A stretch of 64,000 bases of DNA, from NCBI GenBank assembly GCA_013115125.1, contig JABANN010000018.1, positions 62,001 through 126,000 of the forward strand, read 5' to 3'. The translations under genes and the position numbers were made by a program. Under the pieces are notes generated by a model that was given only the letters and a program-made list of their open reading frames with translations, was not told the origin of the DNA and did no database searches. Below, in pieces: positions 1 to 11,528 of this stretch; within the stretch, counting starts at the first letter, position 1; each line of letters starts with the position of its first letter. Source of the DNA: Perkinsus olseni (taxonomy: Eukaryota).

Positions 1-1790
1 GCAACTAACGCATGGCATCATGAATCATTGGATGCTGCCAAGTCCCTCCAACGCCATGAGAGCTCAGCATGCCCCAGCATCGGAGCTCACGTCTCTCGAG
101 CTTCTGCGGGCATGTCCAAGATCTCCTTCTGGATATGCCCTCGCACCAGTGATGTCATAGAGCTGCTCAGGAGCAGCTCTGAGGCCTCGTCTCCTGAAAT
201 TTTAAATGTAGACTCCAAAGAGGAGAATGATCTAACCATGGCCTCCAGCTTTGTAGGTGAGCCGGCGCCCCTGTTTTATTTCCGAGTCGGTGTCGTGTAG
301 CATCCTTAGCATGGTGAGCCTCCCCCAGTTGGTTGTCTTGTGGCCTATGTTCTGCTTCATTGTCTTCTGGCACCTAACCAGTGGACTCCTGGCACGGCTG
401 CGACACTTCCCCTAGGCCCAGAATGATCGCATCTCGCCAGACCTCTCCACCATTCTACAGCCCTGTCCACCGAGCGCTGCGCGGTATTACGCACTTGAAC
501 GGAGACTGACCTTCTGACCTCAGAAATCTCTTCTCTGTGGCCTCATCCCACTGGAAGGGGCATGCATCGCGAGTAGTAGATGATCCGCGTTTTCGTCTGA
601 CAGGCTCGTCACCACCCATTGCCTCAAGACATCGCTCCGCAGGAGCTCTTTTCAGCTCTCGGGCCCGTCGCGCCGGTGGAATGAAGCCCTTCATAGTCTC
701 GGCGACATACTGCGTCTTTAGAAGCTTGTCCAAATCCGACGTTTTCGCGTACTTCTTAGTCTGAAAGGAACACTCAATTGCTCAACAACAGCCGAAGCTT
801 CCATCGAGTCCCTACCACACCGTGCGCATTTCGGGAGACCCGCTTAGGAAGGTCTGGTATCTTGAGCCAGGGTAAGCCTTCCTCGTTTTCTGCTTTCTTA
901 CTCTTATACCTGCCGAGGGCCAATCCAACACGACGTTTGAGTGCCCGTCACGGTCCGAAAAGACTCTCTCCACAAGGTCCGGGATTCCCAGGCGAGACGA
1001 ATGCAGTTGAGTGACCGCAGCTCTCTATTGTGTTCACCAGAATGCTGCTACCATACTACGTTACGAAAGCGCAGCAGGGAAACGAGCGACCCCCGAGTAG
1101 CCTAAAGTGTTTTCACCTCTCCTCCATCTTCTTCCTATCGTCCTGCGTTTTGCCAATCCGCTCTTCCCACTTCGATTGATAGCGCTCGAGTGCGCGGCAA
1201 TTTCGTCGAAATTTCCTGGCCAGGTTGGAGCTCTCCGATGCAGAATGTGTGAGGTACCCAGCGATGTCTTGCTCCTGCTCCGTGGAATGAGTGCTCCTGA
1301 CAACAGCGTGCATCTAGCAGTACAAGATCCTAACACGCACACCCAAGCTAATGTCTAAACATGAGAGCGTCAATCAACCTTGGAAGTCTCCAAAGCTCCC
1401 TGCAAGGCGGTTAGTTCACACTCAAGCTTACAAGGCTTGCGAAGGCCTCGACATTTTCATCACTTCCATTTCATCTTCCAACGAGCCCAGAGAATCCGAC
1501 GAGTCCGAGGCAGCTGCACACCAACACCAGTAACTCTTGCGACGGTCGCCAAGGGGATCGGCTACCAAACCTATTCGCTATAGCCTTCGAGAATGCCGCA
1601 GTCATGCCCTGTGAGCCAGAGAGCTCCGGCCTGTACAAGAGCTCATCGGGCGCACGTGCCCCAGCCATCAACTACTCAGCGCTGCACCAACAACGACTCC
1701 GGCAGAGCACCTTCACCACCCAGTATTAACGACCAAAGCCTCGAATGCTTTGCAGAACTTAGTGTAGTTAAGCGCTGGCCTTACACCACC
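1..1790 (-). CDS. Multi-exon hypothetical protein, apparently running off the window start
   Basis: Minus-strand coding-like segments (…ALNYTKFCKAFEAL…, SLEDEMEVMKMSRPSQA, TKKYAKTSDLDKLLKTQYVAETMKGF) separated by gt…ag intron-like gaps. No recognisable domain; boundaries uncertain. Confidence 0.4.
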
Positions 1791-1849
1791 ATAGGTAGCA
1801 TACTAGACTGTTGTAAGGGGATATGACACTTCCCGGGAAACTCACGACA

Positions 1850-2250
1850 AAATTGCTAACTGCTGAACGCGAAACGTGTTCACGATATAATCATTAGCAC
1901 CGGGCAAATTATCCACACGATGATGATGATGATGACGGCGACCGTACGAAAGCAAGCGTATCAACGAGGTAATCAAGAGTAGTCGTAATACGGACAGGGA
2001 CCAGCAGGGAAGTACTATTATATTATCATCTTCACTACGCCAATAGCAGCAGAAGTTATAAATACAAGGTAGCTGAGTGGTAATAGGATAACTTTTAAGA
2101 CTGGAACCCTGTTGTGAGGTTAGCAGTGTAAATAGCAGCAGCAGCAATCATGTAGTAGTAGGAGTAGCTCAAGCATAGTAATAGCAGTATCCACCATCAT
2201 TGCAAGTCATCATGGTCATGACATCCTTTTCATTCTACCAGCACTAGGAG
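1850..2250. repeat. Low-complexity degenerate trinucleotide region with (TGA)n, (AGC)n and (AGT)n tracts
   Basis: tgatgatgatgatga near 1921; agcagcagcagc and tagtagtag near 2134-2160. Confidence 0.6.
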
Positions 2251-2464
2251 TGTCGCCACATCAAATGCGACACCAATCCCCTCAAAATTACACTGCAGTC
2301 CTGCAAAAAATATCACTATAATGGGGTGAGGTGTTGTTGGCTATTCAACGCCACCGATGAAGACAGTAGTAATCTCTTCTCTAGTCAATGAGCCGTTCAA
2401 CTGTCTAATGCAAGAACCGATCTTGCAGCTCGATGGGCAACAAAGAGATAACGGGTAATCGTAA

Positions 2465-2983
2465 TCATGCTGTTGAGCCAGTTCGTACAGGTAACCGAGG
2501 AGGGACCTGCACGGAAGGTACAGTCTTGCTTCGAGTGGGGCCACGCCTCAAAACCACTGTTTGGGACGACCCATCCTCGCTCCTGGAGATGCATCCCGGA
2601 GCAAGAGTCTGCACTTCAAACCGGCCCACTTGTTTACGTGGCATCACTTGGGCTTGCTCGGGGAAGCAATCACACAAGAAACGGCCAACCCGACGGATCC
2701 GTAGGGGCTCAATCGCCGCACTGGAAGCCGTACTGGAGCTACTCATGTAACCACACTCAGCCGTAGAAGCGTTCACACTGGTAGTTGACTTGACTGATGC
2801 ATCACCACAGACGCTTCCAGCGGTAGTAGAAGCATCACCAGCAACACCGCAACAGTCACGGTAGGAGACTCTAGTATGATAGATGTGAGACGCTGCTACG
2901 CCTTCGGAATCCACCGCCTCCTCGACGAAGAACCGGCCGCGCCTATGGACGCTACCGATGCGGAGCGGGACCGATTCGGCCAT
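2465..2983 (-). CDS. Ser/Thr-rich hypothetical protein with repeated GRFxV-like motifs
   Basis: Intact ATG-started 172-aa ORF containing RRGRFFV, RRVGRFLC and KQVGRFEV. Confidence 0.55.
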   Translation of the reverse strand: MAESVPLRIGSVHRRGRFFVEEAVDSEGVAASHIYHTRVSYRDCCGVAGDASTTAGSVCGDASVKSTTSVNASTAECGYMSSSSTASSAAIEPLRIRRVGRFLCDCFPEQAQVMPRKQVGRFEVQTLAPGCISRSEDGSSQTVVLRRGPTRSKTVPSVQVPPRLPVRTGSTA

Positions 2984-3331
2984 CTAAGGAGACCACCGGA
3001 GAGGACTCCGAAAGAGATAATCCAACAACACCTGCACCATCAAAATATCGTCTCTCTACGGTAGAAGACAGCGTGAGCGACAAACGGAAATTCGTCCAAT
3101 TCCGCTGCGATCGTTTTCTGGCGAATGACTTTGCGCTCGCCCAAAAAAGTTTTGAAACGCCCGCGTGACCTGTGACGCCGGCCATACTGACACCTCGCTA
3201 TCCGGCTCACAGAAATCCGTTAACAGAGGGTCGCTGCACTCTCATCCTCCCTTCATTGAGGTACATCATCATTGGCATGCAATCACTTCTCATGGGAAGA
3301 TGAGTCACCTTATCGGTTAAATCGCACATCT

Positions 3332-4000
3332 TCAGTAGTGAAGGGTGCGCGACGTGCTGCGACAGAAAAAGTAGCGTGAAAGAGGGAGACTGGAGGCAGA
3401 GCTCACCGCTAGACCATGATGTGCTTCAATAAGGCTGCGAACTTGGGCGCCGCCAAGCAACGTCAGCCAAGGATTCGCCGCGTAATGCGTGGCTTCATCT
3501 AGGCCTTCGAAATCCTGAGACCGCCCGCTCTTTGGCCATACACTTAGGGCGTTCCCGACGCAACTCAGGGCTAGGATTCCTTCCAATCTGTCCGCTGCTG
3601 TAAGCTGACCTGTCCCAGATCAAGTGCTTCCTTGATCGCCCTGTCGAGCGGCCTTATAGTTCCCTCGAGTTCACTCTGCACTTTAGACAGCAGTCCGGTC
3701 ATAGTGTGTGCACGCGCGTGCATGACATCATGCATTTTCCCCTCAAAGGCAGCAGCGTACCTGATCCGAGCCGGATTCCTCCCGTTGTGGGCACATCGCC
3801 AAACACTATAAGACGCCTGCGCTTCAAACGGAATCGCCGCCATCGGAGGCACTCGGCGAGCCTATCTTACTTGCCTCTTGATTGGTTTGATCACATGCGA
3901 ATCCTTCGGGTGCATTGAGCTCCATTCCCTTAACACGTTGGGCAGCCTTTCAGTCTTGCTGTGGTCCACCCCAGTGTGTTGTCGATGGGTTTCGTGGAAG
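3332..4000 (-). CDS. Multi-exon hypothetical protein
   Basis: Linked minus-strand ORFs (…KVQSELEGTIRPLDRAIKEALDLGQ; EGILALSCVGNALSVW…) with intron-like gaps. Confidence 0.35.
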
Positions 4001-4683
4001 GTAGTCGGGTGCCAGGCCACGACCATACGACCCGGAACCAAGGGCGCCTACGACCTCAAGGGTGGATTCACTCCACGCGATAGCACTTGAGCGCGCAGCG
4101 CGCAGTGGCTACGGCAATTTCCCCCAAAAAGTGGTATTTATACCTAAGCGATGCCCAGCGTAATCAACCATCAACCTCATCACAATTTGCGAATCGCAAT
4201 GTGCGATTCGTAAGGGCTGTGTGATTAACAATACCGCCTGCTGCACGCACACGTACGCCGCCGGTTGGGCGTGCGACGACGCATCCTGGGCGAGCGCTAA
4301 ATCGATGGAGCAACTTCGTCGTGGGTGTGAGACGACGCCAACTCAAGCGTGGTAAACCGGGATTTGGTCTCTACACAACTCTTGCAGCCGAGAACAGCTA
4401 CTGATTAGATGTCATACTCTCGGAATATGCAATCCCTGATTGAAAATTACGTTAGACTCACGCTACCATTGATCGCTTGGCATGCCTCTCCGAGGCGTCT
4501 CGCTGGGTTACGGTGATCGTATGCTTCACAACCGCTGTGGGAATCGTCTCTCTACATTCTGCATTATGCTGTTGCCGCATTCCAGCAGCAATCATCTTCT
4601 GTCGTGCGTCAATTAATCCAATCCTGGCTGAGCCTGAAGCAATTGGTGACTGTCAAACAGGTATTTACTTTTGGTCGTGGGAT

Positions 4684-6630
4684 ATGTCCCACTTCATACC
4701 CACGGTCTATGCCGAGTCAACGACGTGGACTAGGGACTCTCACGATCTGTTCGATTATGAGAGCCACAACGTCGTCCGCAGAGATTTCGCCCTGAACCAA
4801 ACGGTCAGGTTCGTGCGGAGAAATGGTAAGTGCATTGTGACACATTTCGTCGATAGACAGATTTCTCCGATTTAGATGAAGTTCGAACGGAGCATGCCTC
4901 AGTAGATGCAGTACCTCCGAGAGAGCAATCGGATTACCTCATGAAATGCATCAATTTCGACTCGAGGTTTCTCGTGACGTCAATAGGCCGCGCCATATGC
5001 CTCATCAGGTATATGATTCAGCCAGCTGAAAAACAGTCGGATGCTTGCCGGTTGGTCCCCAAGAAACTCTGGCTTGTCATTAAAGAAGTGAGAATCTAGC
5101 TGTCTCACCGTCTTCCAACTGTCTTCCGAGCTTAGCTCGGGCCTCATACCCTTTCGGAGGGAGACATCATCAAGCTTGGTCGTTTCAAATTGCGAGTTCG
5201 GCAGCTCTGCGGGGATTCCGAGGATCAATTGGTGATGTTTGAGCAACATAAGCAGCAATCGATTACCATTCTTCCGTCAGGTTCGTCCAGACTTGAGCGG
5301 TTCCGATTCTGCGACCGCAGTAGCGCGCTGTGCTCCTCCAGAAGCCGACGGGATGCCGTGCAGGATATGTCTTTTGGAGGTCCGTGGACTGGGCGTTCAC
5401 TGCGAGGATCCAATTGGCCTAGCGTGTCAGGCTTCTGGCTCGGACGAGGATGATCCGCTGATTGAAGCTTGTGCCTGTCGAGGAAGCATCCGGTATGTTC
5501 ATCTCGGCTGTTTGCGACACTGGATACAAGGGAGGTTGTTCCTCGGAGGGAACGATGGACACACTGACCCTCACACGTAAACAGGATTGTCGCGGTTGTT
5601 CTGGTCGAAGCGTTGGCATAGGTATCTCTTCCGTCAACTAACATGCGAGCTTTGCCGAACGAGCTACCCGATGAACGTTGTACTTCCTGACGGAAGCATT
5701 ACACAGCTGGTGGGCCGTGGATTGCTGAGAAACCATGGAGTATCGCGGCCGTAGGTACCCATGCCTGAGACCAAGGCGCCTTATTTGGTATTGGAGAACA
5801 TGATGCGAATAGATCCAGTCGAGGGTAATACTCAGCGCACCAGCGAGTCTTCTGCACTCGTCAGCATATCAAGGTGTAGAAGGTCAGTCATCTGCCCACT
5901 CGAGAGGGGTTTATGTCATATCTCTAGCTGGAAAGAAATCACTGAAACTCGGTCGAGGCCACGAAAGTGATGTGAGAATAGCGGATGTAAGGCTAAACTA
6001 CAGTTGATTCGAACATCAGACTTCAAGCCGCCACGATGCAGGTGTCGATATCGCGTTGGCATGCAACGGTGTCATTCGCGGATGATGGACGATTCATTCT
6101 CGAGGACCACAACTCGAAGTTCGGAACGCTAGTGGCAATGCGGCGTCCGAAACTGCTCAATGCCTCAACTGGTACGCTTCCGTAGCAAGCTGGTTGTGCT
6201 TCCTTGCTATATCTTTGGTACCCTCGGGTTGTCTGCTGTCCGATGTTGCTTCCCTCGCGAGTTTCAACTCGATTCCAGTACCGCTGTGGTTCAGGCCGTC
6301 GCTTGGTTGCTGTTCAAAGCGAGGAATTAGTTCGCGGTTGTAGCCATGGACGAGTTTCTCCTCGTCTTTCTGTTGAATGAAAATTGATAACTCCTCTTCA
6401 GGCGACGACGAGACGGATGCGGCAGGCCCAATCCTGACAGTTCAGGCAGGAAGAACAGTTTTCAGGATTAGTACGAGAAAACCTAGGTCTGTTCATGATG
6501 GCTGACGCCGTAGGGGTAGGTTGCGTTTGACAGGTCGGAGCCACCACAAGTTACCACGGTGCCGACTGAGGGGAACGGAGGTCCCAGCCCGGTTGGGAAT
6601 TCGCTGTCTAATGGTGCACAATCACTGTAA
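4684..6630 (+). CDS. FHA + RING-CH (RINGv) + FHA domain protein, putative E3 ligase
   Basis: TWTRDSHDLFDYE N-terminal motif; FHA-like GDIIKLGRFKLRV; C4HC3 RING CRICL…CACRGSIRYVHLGCLRHWI…CELC; second FHA LKLGRGHESDVRIADVSISRWHA…LEDHNSKFGTLV; stop TAA at 6628-6630. Confidence 0.9.
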
Positions 6631-6899
6631 AAGCACATTTGACATGCGGAAAGTCGACGAGATCGTGATTCATTTCTGGCGTTGTTGACTCTGCTCTGAG
6701 CTACCGTTCTTCATCAAACTAATTCCAGCACGGCAGTGAGTATCACTGTCGTTCGATTACCACTACATGGTTCGGTCAAGCTCGCTCGAGTAGCCTTCCT
6801 TCTTCACACCGATGTATACTTGTTCTCTCACACAGTTAGTATTCAGATGACCCGACTCGTGTGACGTGTTCGACTATCTTAATCTCGCCGCTTGGCGGG

Positions 6900-8116
6900 G
6901 AGCATATTTTTTGTCGTCACAACGTCTCAACCAGCTTTGAGTTCACCGGGTTTGTCTCGTAGTACTGGAAGTCAATCCATCCGTTTATCTTTCTCTGTAG
7001 AGTCGGCTTCTGACTTTTTTTATGATTGGCGGCAAGTGTCTCGGATGCCTGACCTACCGAGGAGCTTTCACCACGGCTCTGGTATTAACAATGATGTATT
7101 GCGGGGGCCACATGGCATTAGTGTACTACTTATACTATGATCTGGTACGATCTTCTGCCAAGCCTTCCTGAAGCTCAACCTCAGTCGGCCTCTTTCAGGA
7201 ATACGTCGACTGGTTCAGAAAGTGGTTGATCGCACCTATAGCATACCTTGCATGGTCTGTGATGATACTCAATTTCATGCTAGCAATACTCGTCCTCACT
7301 TTGAAGGAGACAGGTCGATGCTACGCATTGTCAACGTGGATAGGAGTAGTGTCGGTCTCCATGATAATGTCAGTCTCCCGAGCAGCTCGCTCGCTATCAC
7401 CGTTCCAGTATATCTGTTTTGCTCAGATGGCTCGGTTACGCGGCGTACGCCTGTCAAAGGCTCAAAGCTAACGCGTTCATGGTTTTGCCAGGAGTGATAA
7501 ATCAACACATCATATTCAAATGATCTCTTCCTCTGCGTAATCAGACCCAGGTCGTGAAGGCCGCAGCAAATTCGCGAAGTCACACGACAGCGAAGATTCT
7601 CGGATCGACCGCGGCTGCAATGCTGATCAATCCGGGATCGGTGGAGACCGTGTACTTCATGCTACCCTCTCCAATGAATTTGTGCTTTTGGTGGGGCATA
7701 AAGCTGTAGGCGGCCTTCCTCCTGACAAATTTGTATACTTTCCGCTAATGGCAGGGAATACCCGGCGCTGCTATTCGGTTTGGGATCCTTTACCGTTTTG
7801 GCGTTCCAGCTTGCAACTGGTATGGCGCTTCAACCGGTACTGAAGGCCGGGGGCAATGGGGCGGAAGGTGTGACTGCGGACAAAATCCAGCTTTGGTAAT
7901 CGTGTCTTATCCGCGATATGACTCGCATCGGATTCTAATGCTCATGCAGGTACGCGCTAGCCCCAAAGAACCGCCGGATATTATATCACAAAGAGTTGGC
8001 TGACATTGAGGTCTCAGAGATTGAACGACTAATGGGGATTTCTGACTCTGAGAGCGACGCCATAGAAGATGGCATTTTAGACGATGCCCTTGATGATGAC
8101 AGACTTACACCTTAGT
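6900..8116 (+). CDS. Multi-pass membrane protein, hypothetical
   Basis: Hydrophobic exons (LVLTMMYCGGHMALVYYLYYDL | EYVDWFRKWLIAPIAYLAWSVMILNFMLAILVLTL…) and an acidic C-terminus ending near 8116. Start uncertain. Confidence 0.55.
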
Positions 8117-8526
8117 ACCGGTACCGCTTTTTCGCTATTATTCACCACTGGTAAATTACCAGAAATCATGCTGTATGAAAAGTGGCAGAATCACGCCGTC
8201 GATATATTCTCTTGCGTTACAAGCTGAAAGGAGTAATCCACTATCTCTTCAGAACAGTTCGATATGATGACATTTATAGACCGTTGTGGCGCTGCTAGCT
8301 CGTGACACAACATTGTGTCACTCGGGACAGCCCCGGAACTCTATGTTGAAAACCGCAGACCTGTCAACATCTCGGAAGGTTGATGGAAGCGCGAAGCGAT
8401 TAGTAGGAAGAGTGAATATATTTATGTGTGTTTTAACGGATCGCATCCTGGGCCATAACGACCTCAAAGAAACAACTCAGTTCAATGGATGGCGCAGACC
8501 GCTAAACGAGTTGGTCAGCGTAGAGC

Positions 8527-8565
8527 CTGTCTAGGTGACCTAGACAGACCTAGTCTAGGTCGACC
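8527..8565. repeat. Chained palindromes in a convergent intergenic region
   Basis: ctgtctaggt-g-acctagacag, then gacctag-t-ctaggtc, then ggtcgacc. Confidence 0.8.
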
Positions 8566-8979
8566 CGGAAGATCCACTGTACACCCTTACAGCAAACTGT
8601 TTTAATGGTTTTTCCGGGTCTTAGCTCTTCTCAAGTGAAGGCAACCCACAAGGCGTGAGGATTCTCTGTGCGACTGGCGAAAGGTAGTGCCAGTTGTGAA
8701 ATCCTACGTTAATCACTCAACATTTTCTTCGCATTCTTACAAGCCGGCAAATGAAGAAGAGTGCCATCCAGCAGCTGCGCTTAGTTACACCTCGGACTGG
8801 CAAAATCTTCGCCTTTCCTACATGAACTCCAATTTCGATTTGGGAAGTCTGGGTAGCACTTCTCACGCTGCAGAGGCATCTCGGAAGTATAACGAGCAGC
8901 AATTTTTCACCCAGGTGTAATACACCTGTTGTATATCAACCCAATATGATGTATCAGAGGAAAGAGACTTTTCATGTCA

Positions 8980-10601
8980 CTACGCTTCATCGTGTTGGCT
9001 CAGAGCTAGCCCGATTCTCATGCGTGCTGCCAGAAACATCATGCCATTTCAAGAGTTGCGCCACAGCTCAGCTGGAGTGGCTCACATCGATCGAAGACCG
9101 CGTAGTAACTTCGGAGAAGCGTACTTCCGAGTATCCACAGATCTGAGCGGAGGGCTCGAGAGAAAGCAAATAGGCAGCTTCGCGGAATCTACCTTCCTCG
9201 TCGTGAAGCCTCACTCCCGCGAAACCGGGCTCACAGTCGACTTTATCGTTGACTATGTAATACTGATCGGCTGTCAACAGAATCTCATGAACAGATCCTG
9301 AGGATTCGCCCTGGAGCAGTATAGTGACCTGAGCGCGGAAACATAAAGTGAAACACACATAAAGCTCCGGTGACAGAGGCAGATCACCAGATTACGTTCG
9401 GGCCTCTACAGTCGTCTGTCTCAATAGCTTGCAAAAGCTCAGCACTGCTTTGCACCGGGCCGACGACGAGGCTCGTACCTGTGTCTACGAGAGCAGAGCA
9501 AGTGCTGTTGCAAAGGTGCAGCCGACGGCCGTCAACTGCGATGTCGATCATCGGTATCGTCCACTCCTGAGAACATGCGGAGTCTCCCTTGGGGAGCACG
9601 CCCGACCAAACCACCTGTCGTCTGGAAGGGTGTGCCTTCTTTACTGGACTCCACATCATTGCGTTACCGCGGGCTATTCGGCCGTCTTCGATGCTTCCAA
9701 CTGACAGGGAGCCGTGAAAGCGAGGATTGAATGAGTAGTAGAAGCCGATAATATGGAGCGAATCGCTGGAGTCGATCAAGGATGGGCCGAATGGATCCCT
9801 TGGCAAGGTGAAGCTCAACCTGAGAATGAGGAATGGGCAGACCTTCCGTTTGCTTTCTGTCGATCTCACCCACATATCCCGTCTGCCGGAGACGTTGCGA
9901 ATGGGAAGCGACTCTCGCCGACGCTCACACCGAACGTCACCCCGTTAACTGTTACATTGTCAATCTAGTCGAGAACTTACGCGCGAAAGAGGTTTCTTTC
10001 TTCGCTCACCTCAATAACATCAGTTTCGCGTTGAAGTTTGACGTCACCAGTTCCATAATGGATCGGGAACTGATGAAGCCAAATTGGACGAGGACCTTTC
10101 GACAAGCATGCTACCAGTTGAGAGTCACCCCGACTGCGCAGGTTATGTGCAACATGGGCGGTTGTCGAAAGGGACTCGACGAAGCGCTGAGAGCAATGTA
10201 GCCGGGCGATCCGGGACTAAGAACAGAGCGCTACCTTGTGGCGTCGACAAGCTGTGCTCCGACACTTCCGTCCAGGCACCCAGAGGGTTGAGGATCCTGT
10301 ATCATACACGACTGAATACACAGAGAGAGTGGGCAGCAAGCGGACAAAGCAAAAGCTTACCCTTGAAACTTTGTCCCGGTGTCCCAATTTGTATATCTCC
10401 ATAGAACTCAGCGTTGAAGAAGTTTGTCAGCTCCAAAGGTTCCTGAACTAACGACGAGGACCGCAACGCTTTGAAATTTCTCCGAAGGACTGGGAGCAAA
10501 TGAGAAGCTCGGTCTTCCAAGCAGCTGTATGCACTGTATAGGGGCACAATGGCACCGGAGCCAGAGGAGACGATCGATCCCAAGAACATAAGAGTGTGCA
10601 T
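8980..10601 (-). CDS. Secreted pepsin/cathepsin D-family aspartyl protease (A1)
   Basis: Signal-like N-terminus; LTNFFNAEFYGDIQIGTPGQSFK|VVYDTGSSTLWVP; second catalytic motif ALVDTGTSLVVGP; C-terminal WILGSTLLRSYYAVFDR…RIGLA, stop at 8980. Confidence 0.93.
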
Positions 10602-11528
10602 CACCCACGACTTGCTTCAAAAGCGTGTAGACAACAACACGAGAAGGAGCACCTTTACCCGTGGTCAACGCAACCCAGGAGCGGCACAAATGACCATTCA
10701 AGTTTCATGGAGCGGCCTCGCGAGAGGCCTTCGGAATGACTTAGGTCTCGGCTTGGCAGACTGGTCAGCAGCAGGCTTGGCGTCGGCTTGAGCGGCGTCG
10801 GACAATCGATCGGAGCATACAAGGAGGGCAAAGCTGAACGGATGAGCACTAGTGGTGCATTTGGCTGCAGATACCTCACATCAGGGTGAAGATGAGTGAG
10901 GCTAGTGCCAAGCCTTGTCCGAGCTCCTGTGCGAGGGTCCACACGTCCAGTTCCGATGCTCGCGGGCTGTGGGACATGGCGCTGTAGTTATCTGTGGAGA
11001 AAGACTGAGGTACAGTCACTTCATCTAAAAGAATGAATGTATAGAATAAAAACAGACTGGGTAGTCTTGAATAGCGAGTAATCGATTTCCGCGTCGATGG
11101 GTCGAACCTTGACCTCAAGATACGCGGCACGTATCTTCGGGTATCCTAGGTCGATGCACGCTAGATACAGAATAGCCCCGGTGCAAGCACGCCTTCAGTA
11201 AATCGATCACGTCCAAAAAACGAAACCGTTCCTTTTTAGGTTTCTTGTTTCATTAGAATGTCGAAGACGCATTGCTTTAGTCTCTGTCCGGGCCGTAAAT
11301 GCCGTCATGGCGTACGTCATCTGCCTGGGTGCTTCCTTTCAAGTTATTCCAGCTTATACCACCCGCGCCCCACTCCCGTAACACGACTCTAAGCGTCTAG
11401 CAATAGCATACCGATACACTACTGTCGTCGTAAAAATAAACGTAAGATGAGTAGTAGCATAGCTCAGCGAGAGTTCGTTCGTGACTACTTCAGGAACCAG
11501 CTTCTACTTCTGCGTATTTCATCAACCC

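Noticed and set aside
861..878. Possible spliced-leader relic (ctggctcaag on the minus strand)
   Set aside because: Only about 10 nt match the SL 3' end, and it falls within apparent coding sequence.
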